From: Octopus sinensis
Taxonomy: Eukaryota
Reading direction: 5' to 3'
DNA length: 64,000 bases
NCBI RefSeq assembly: GCF_006345805.1
Contig: NC_043007.1
Location: forward strand, 61,070,001-61,134,000
The first letter of the stretch is position 1; each line of letters starts with the position of its first letter. Below are positions 61,301 to 64,000 of the stretch, one piece after another. The notes under the pieces are model-generated. The model did not search any database. It was not told the DNA's origin and saw only the letters and a program-made list of their open reading frames with translations. The position numbers were made by a program, and so were the translations under genes.

Positions 61301-63179
61301 TGACAACTTTGCTGCTTCAAATGAAATAATGCTATAAAATAACTTCCTTTGGCACACACACATACATGCATGCACAAACAAACACACGCACATACACACA
61401 CGGTAAAATTTCTATATGAATTATATCATTTCTTGCTATGTGTATGTGCAAAATTACAGCTCAAATCCAATTGAAATCATCTTTTTCTATTCTGTAATTT
61501 GTGTTTCTCATCTTTGATGTAAATTTAAAAGGAAGTTCTCCCAGAAATCCTGTTCTTCCCCTGTTGTTTCTAGCATGTCTAAGGTGACATTTGTGCCCCC
61601 ACCCCCACATCCACCATGATCTTTTTCCTAAATTTCTTCTGATTCATATGTTTTCAATACAGGAGAGTAGGATCCCCCCCCCCAAAAAAAAAAACACATT
61701 CTCAATATTTTAATTTTATCTGTCCCCATCCCAATCTCTTCATTTTTTAAACTTTTTTTCAAATATTTTCTTGGTAATCCACCAAGAAAAAAACAGTACA
61801 AATCTTTAATAATTTTCTTCATTCGTTTTTCTTGAAGAAACACTAAAATCCTCTTCTCAAACAACCATCCATCACATCACTTTCAAAAAGCTACAAACTC
61901 CCAATATCTCACTTCTAGCTTTTTGGAAAGTGGGGAAGTTTCTTCAGCAATAATGTCATTTATCTGCTGTTTCTAGCATGTCAGGTTTTCTAGTGGTGCT
62001 CTAATATTTTTTATGTCTGCTATTTCAGTACAATTCTGCACATGCATGAAACATCAGATGTAAATGAAATATAGGGTGTTTTTAACTTTTTGAAAGCAGG
62101 TAAGTGATGGGTGGGCAAGGTGGGGGAAGAGGCATGGAATGTTTCTTTAAGAAAAATTAAACTTTAAAAAAAAATATATTTCCCAGATTCGTAATCTCTG
62201 TATTTTTCTACATGGATAAATAAAGAAAATTCATTAAAAAGTTACAAATTAAGAAATTGCAGTGGGGACAGGGGAAACTAAAATTTTGAAATTGTGATTT
62301 CTGGGCAAAATTGCATTAGCCCCCTTTTATATGATGAAACAATACATAGTTTGTGATCCTTCTTAGGAACAGAAAGCACTTTCATGCAAACCCATGCAAA
62401 TTGTACCATCCCCCACTTCACTTTTAAACAAATAATAACTTCCATTATGCCAGTAATCCAGTTCACTATATATCAGCTGTGTTGATTCTTCCCATAAGAA
62501 AGGAACAAATAATACAATATGGCTGTAGTTCATAACGCCCGGGCAATGTTGGGATGCATTGCCAGTAATATATAAACAAACAAGTTAAATAGCTATTAGT
62601 ATACTCAATAATTAATGAGGATTATATTTCAACTATCCTCAACAATATCAGATTTAAAAGGACCACCCTGTCTCTAGAGAATATTTACCATTGGCAAGTG
62701 GTAAATAGTTAATGTCTTGACAGAGAGTAGAAACCAACCAAACCAGATTTTTCTGCCTACTGCTCTATTGTTCTTTGGCTGCACGTCAGCTTTCATTGGG
62801 AAGACAGAGGATCGAAAACATTCCAGCTGTGAAAAACATACCTTTTTTTTTCTCAGATGTTATTTACCTAGCATTATGTTATCTAACATCTTGTCCTTGT
62901 GGTTGTTGTTTAGCCTCATATTAGCTCCAATCAAGCAAACCTATGAGCAAAGACATTTTAATTGTGACCATCCTGTCTTGTGCAAACAAAATGAATCTAG
63001 ATGCATTTTTTTTTTTGCCTTAAAGAATAAGGTTTGTCTTAAAGATGCTGTCTGTGCTATACTGAAGATGTCCATTCTCCAGGAGAAAAACTCTGTGGTA
63101 GTATGACCTAGCATTTGTAGTGATGTTGAGAGTTCTAGCTGTATACTGTTTATATTTAGGAGGAGGGGTAGGATATGGT

Positions 63180-63800
63180 TTTCTTATACACATGGTAACT
63201 TTGTGTGTTGCTTAAGGAAATAAGACAGGCATGACATCATTGCATAATATTTTTGAAGTTCCAATACATGGAATCAATGCAGATTTGGTAGGAGGTGTCT
63301 TGATTGTACATAGATGAAATTTGGATGGGGAAAGTTAGGAGAATTAAGGGTAGTATCATCTGCATAGGAGTGGGCATTGTTGGAGTGATAGTAAACAAGT
63401 CACTGATGTATAGGAGGAAGAGTGCAATGGACAAAAACCTTGAGGCACACCAGTATTGATACTGTGTAGACCAGAGAGGACAATCAACACGTGTTGTGAT
63501 GCTGGGACCTGCCAGGAGGTTACTGACTCAAGAGATGCGAGATGAATCACAAGGTTAATTGGTTTTTCTAGGAGACTTGCATATTAAACAAGTGGTTAAA
63601 TGTTTTGCTTATGTCAAGTGCAAAACACTGTTTTCAGCTAATTACTTGAGGATGAGGGCTCACTAGTGAGTGACATTGATGATTTGATCCCCAATAGATC
63701 TTAATTTATGAAAGCCATACCAAGTCATTATTAAAACAGAAGGATTGAAGATGGTGTTTGTTAGACTGCTTCCGTACCTTTTAGATGTTGGAAATGAATA
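63180..63800 (-). pseudogene. LINE (jockey/I/L2-type) RT remnant
   Basis: YGFHKLRSIGD, ALDISKTF, SINTGVPQG, LFLLYISDL, ADD-like region. Confidence 0.7.
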
Positions 63801-64000
63801 TGATAGAATGATGTCTGGCAGGGACAAAAGGAAAGTGTTACACTGCACTGTTTTTAAAGTTCTGGATATATTCAAGAAGATAGAGAGATCAAAGCATTTA
63901 GTGTGGTTAATGACTAACTTTGGGATACATCAAGAATAATGGAAAGGGGATTGTAATGACTAGTGGCCTTGCTGATATGAAGTGACCAGAGGTACTTATG

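Overview
This is AT-rich, microsatellite-dense eukaryotic DNA. The SINE/MITE repertoire and (TA)n/(AAT)n/(CA)n load suggest a coleoid cephalopod, most likely Octopus (inference, no database search). One host gene can be assembled: GCHFR (GTP cyclohydrolase I feedback regulator), minus strand, CDS join(51282-51317, 24180-24274, 13064-13235), 100 aa, with introns of ~27.0 kb and ~10.9 kb. The rest is mostly a transposon graveyard: a young CsRn1-like Ty3/gypsy element nested in an RTE LINE, a solo LTR and a 3' remnant of related elements, hAT, two mariners plus a fragment, Tigger, Chapaev3-like, Helitron pieces, R4-like, HERO-like and CR1-like LINE remnants, four TTAA MITEs and three tRNA-SINE families. 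The most interesting signal is a short non-coding element made of a tRNA-like Pol III head, an (AAT)n linker and a minimal type I hammerhead ribozyme motif. It occurs twice as a head-to-head palindrome (28844-29365 with a 12-bp TSD; 12088-12374). A Penelope GIY-YIG fragment with inverted pseudo-LTRs (38441-39144) and a third head-to-head repeat (7319-7574) share that architecture, suggesting a Penelope-mobilised SINE/retrozyme hybrid. Boundaries of degraded repeats are approximate (by eye).
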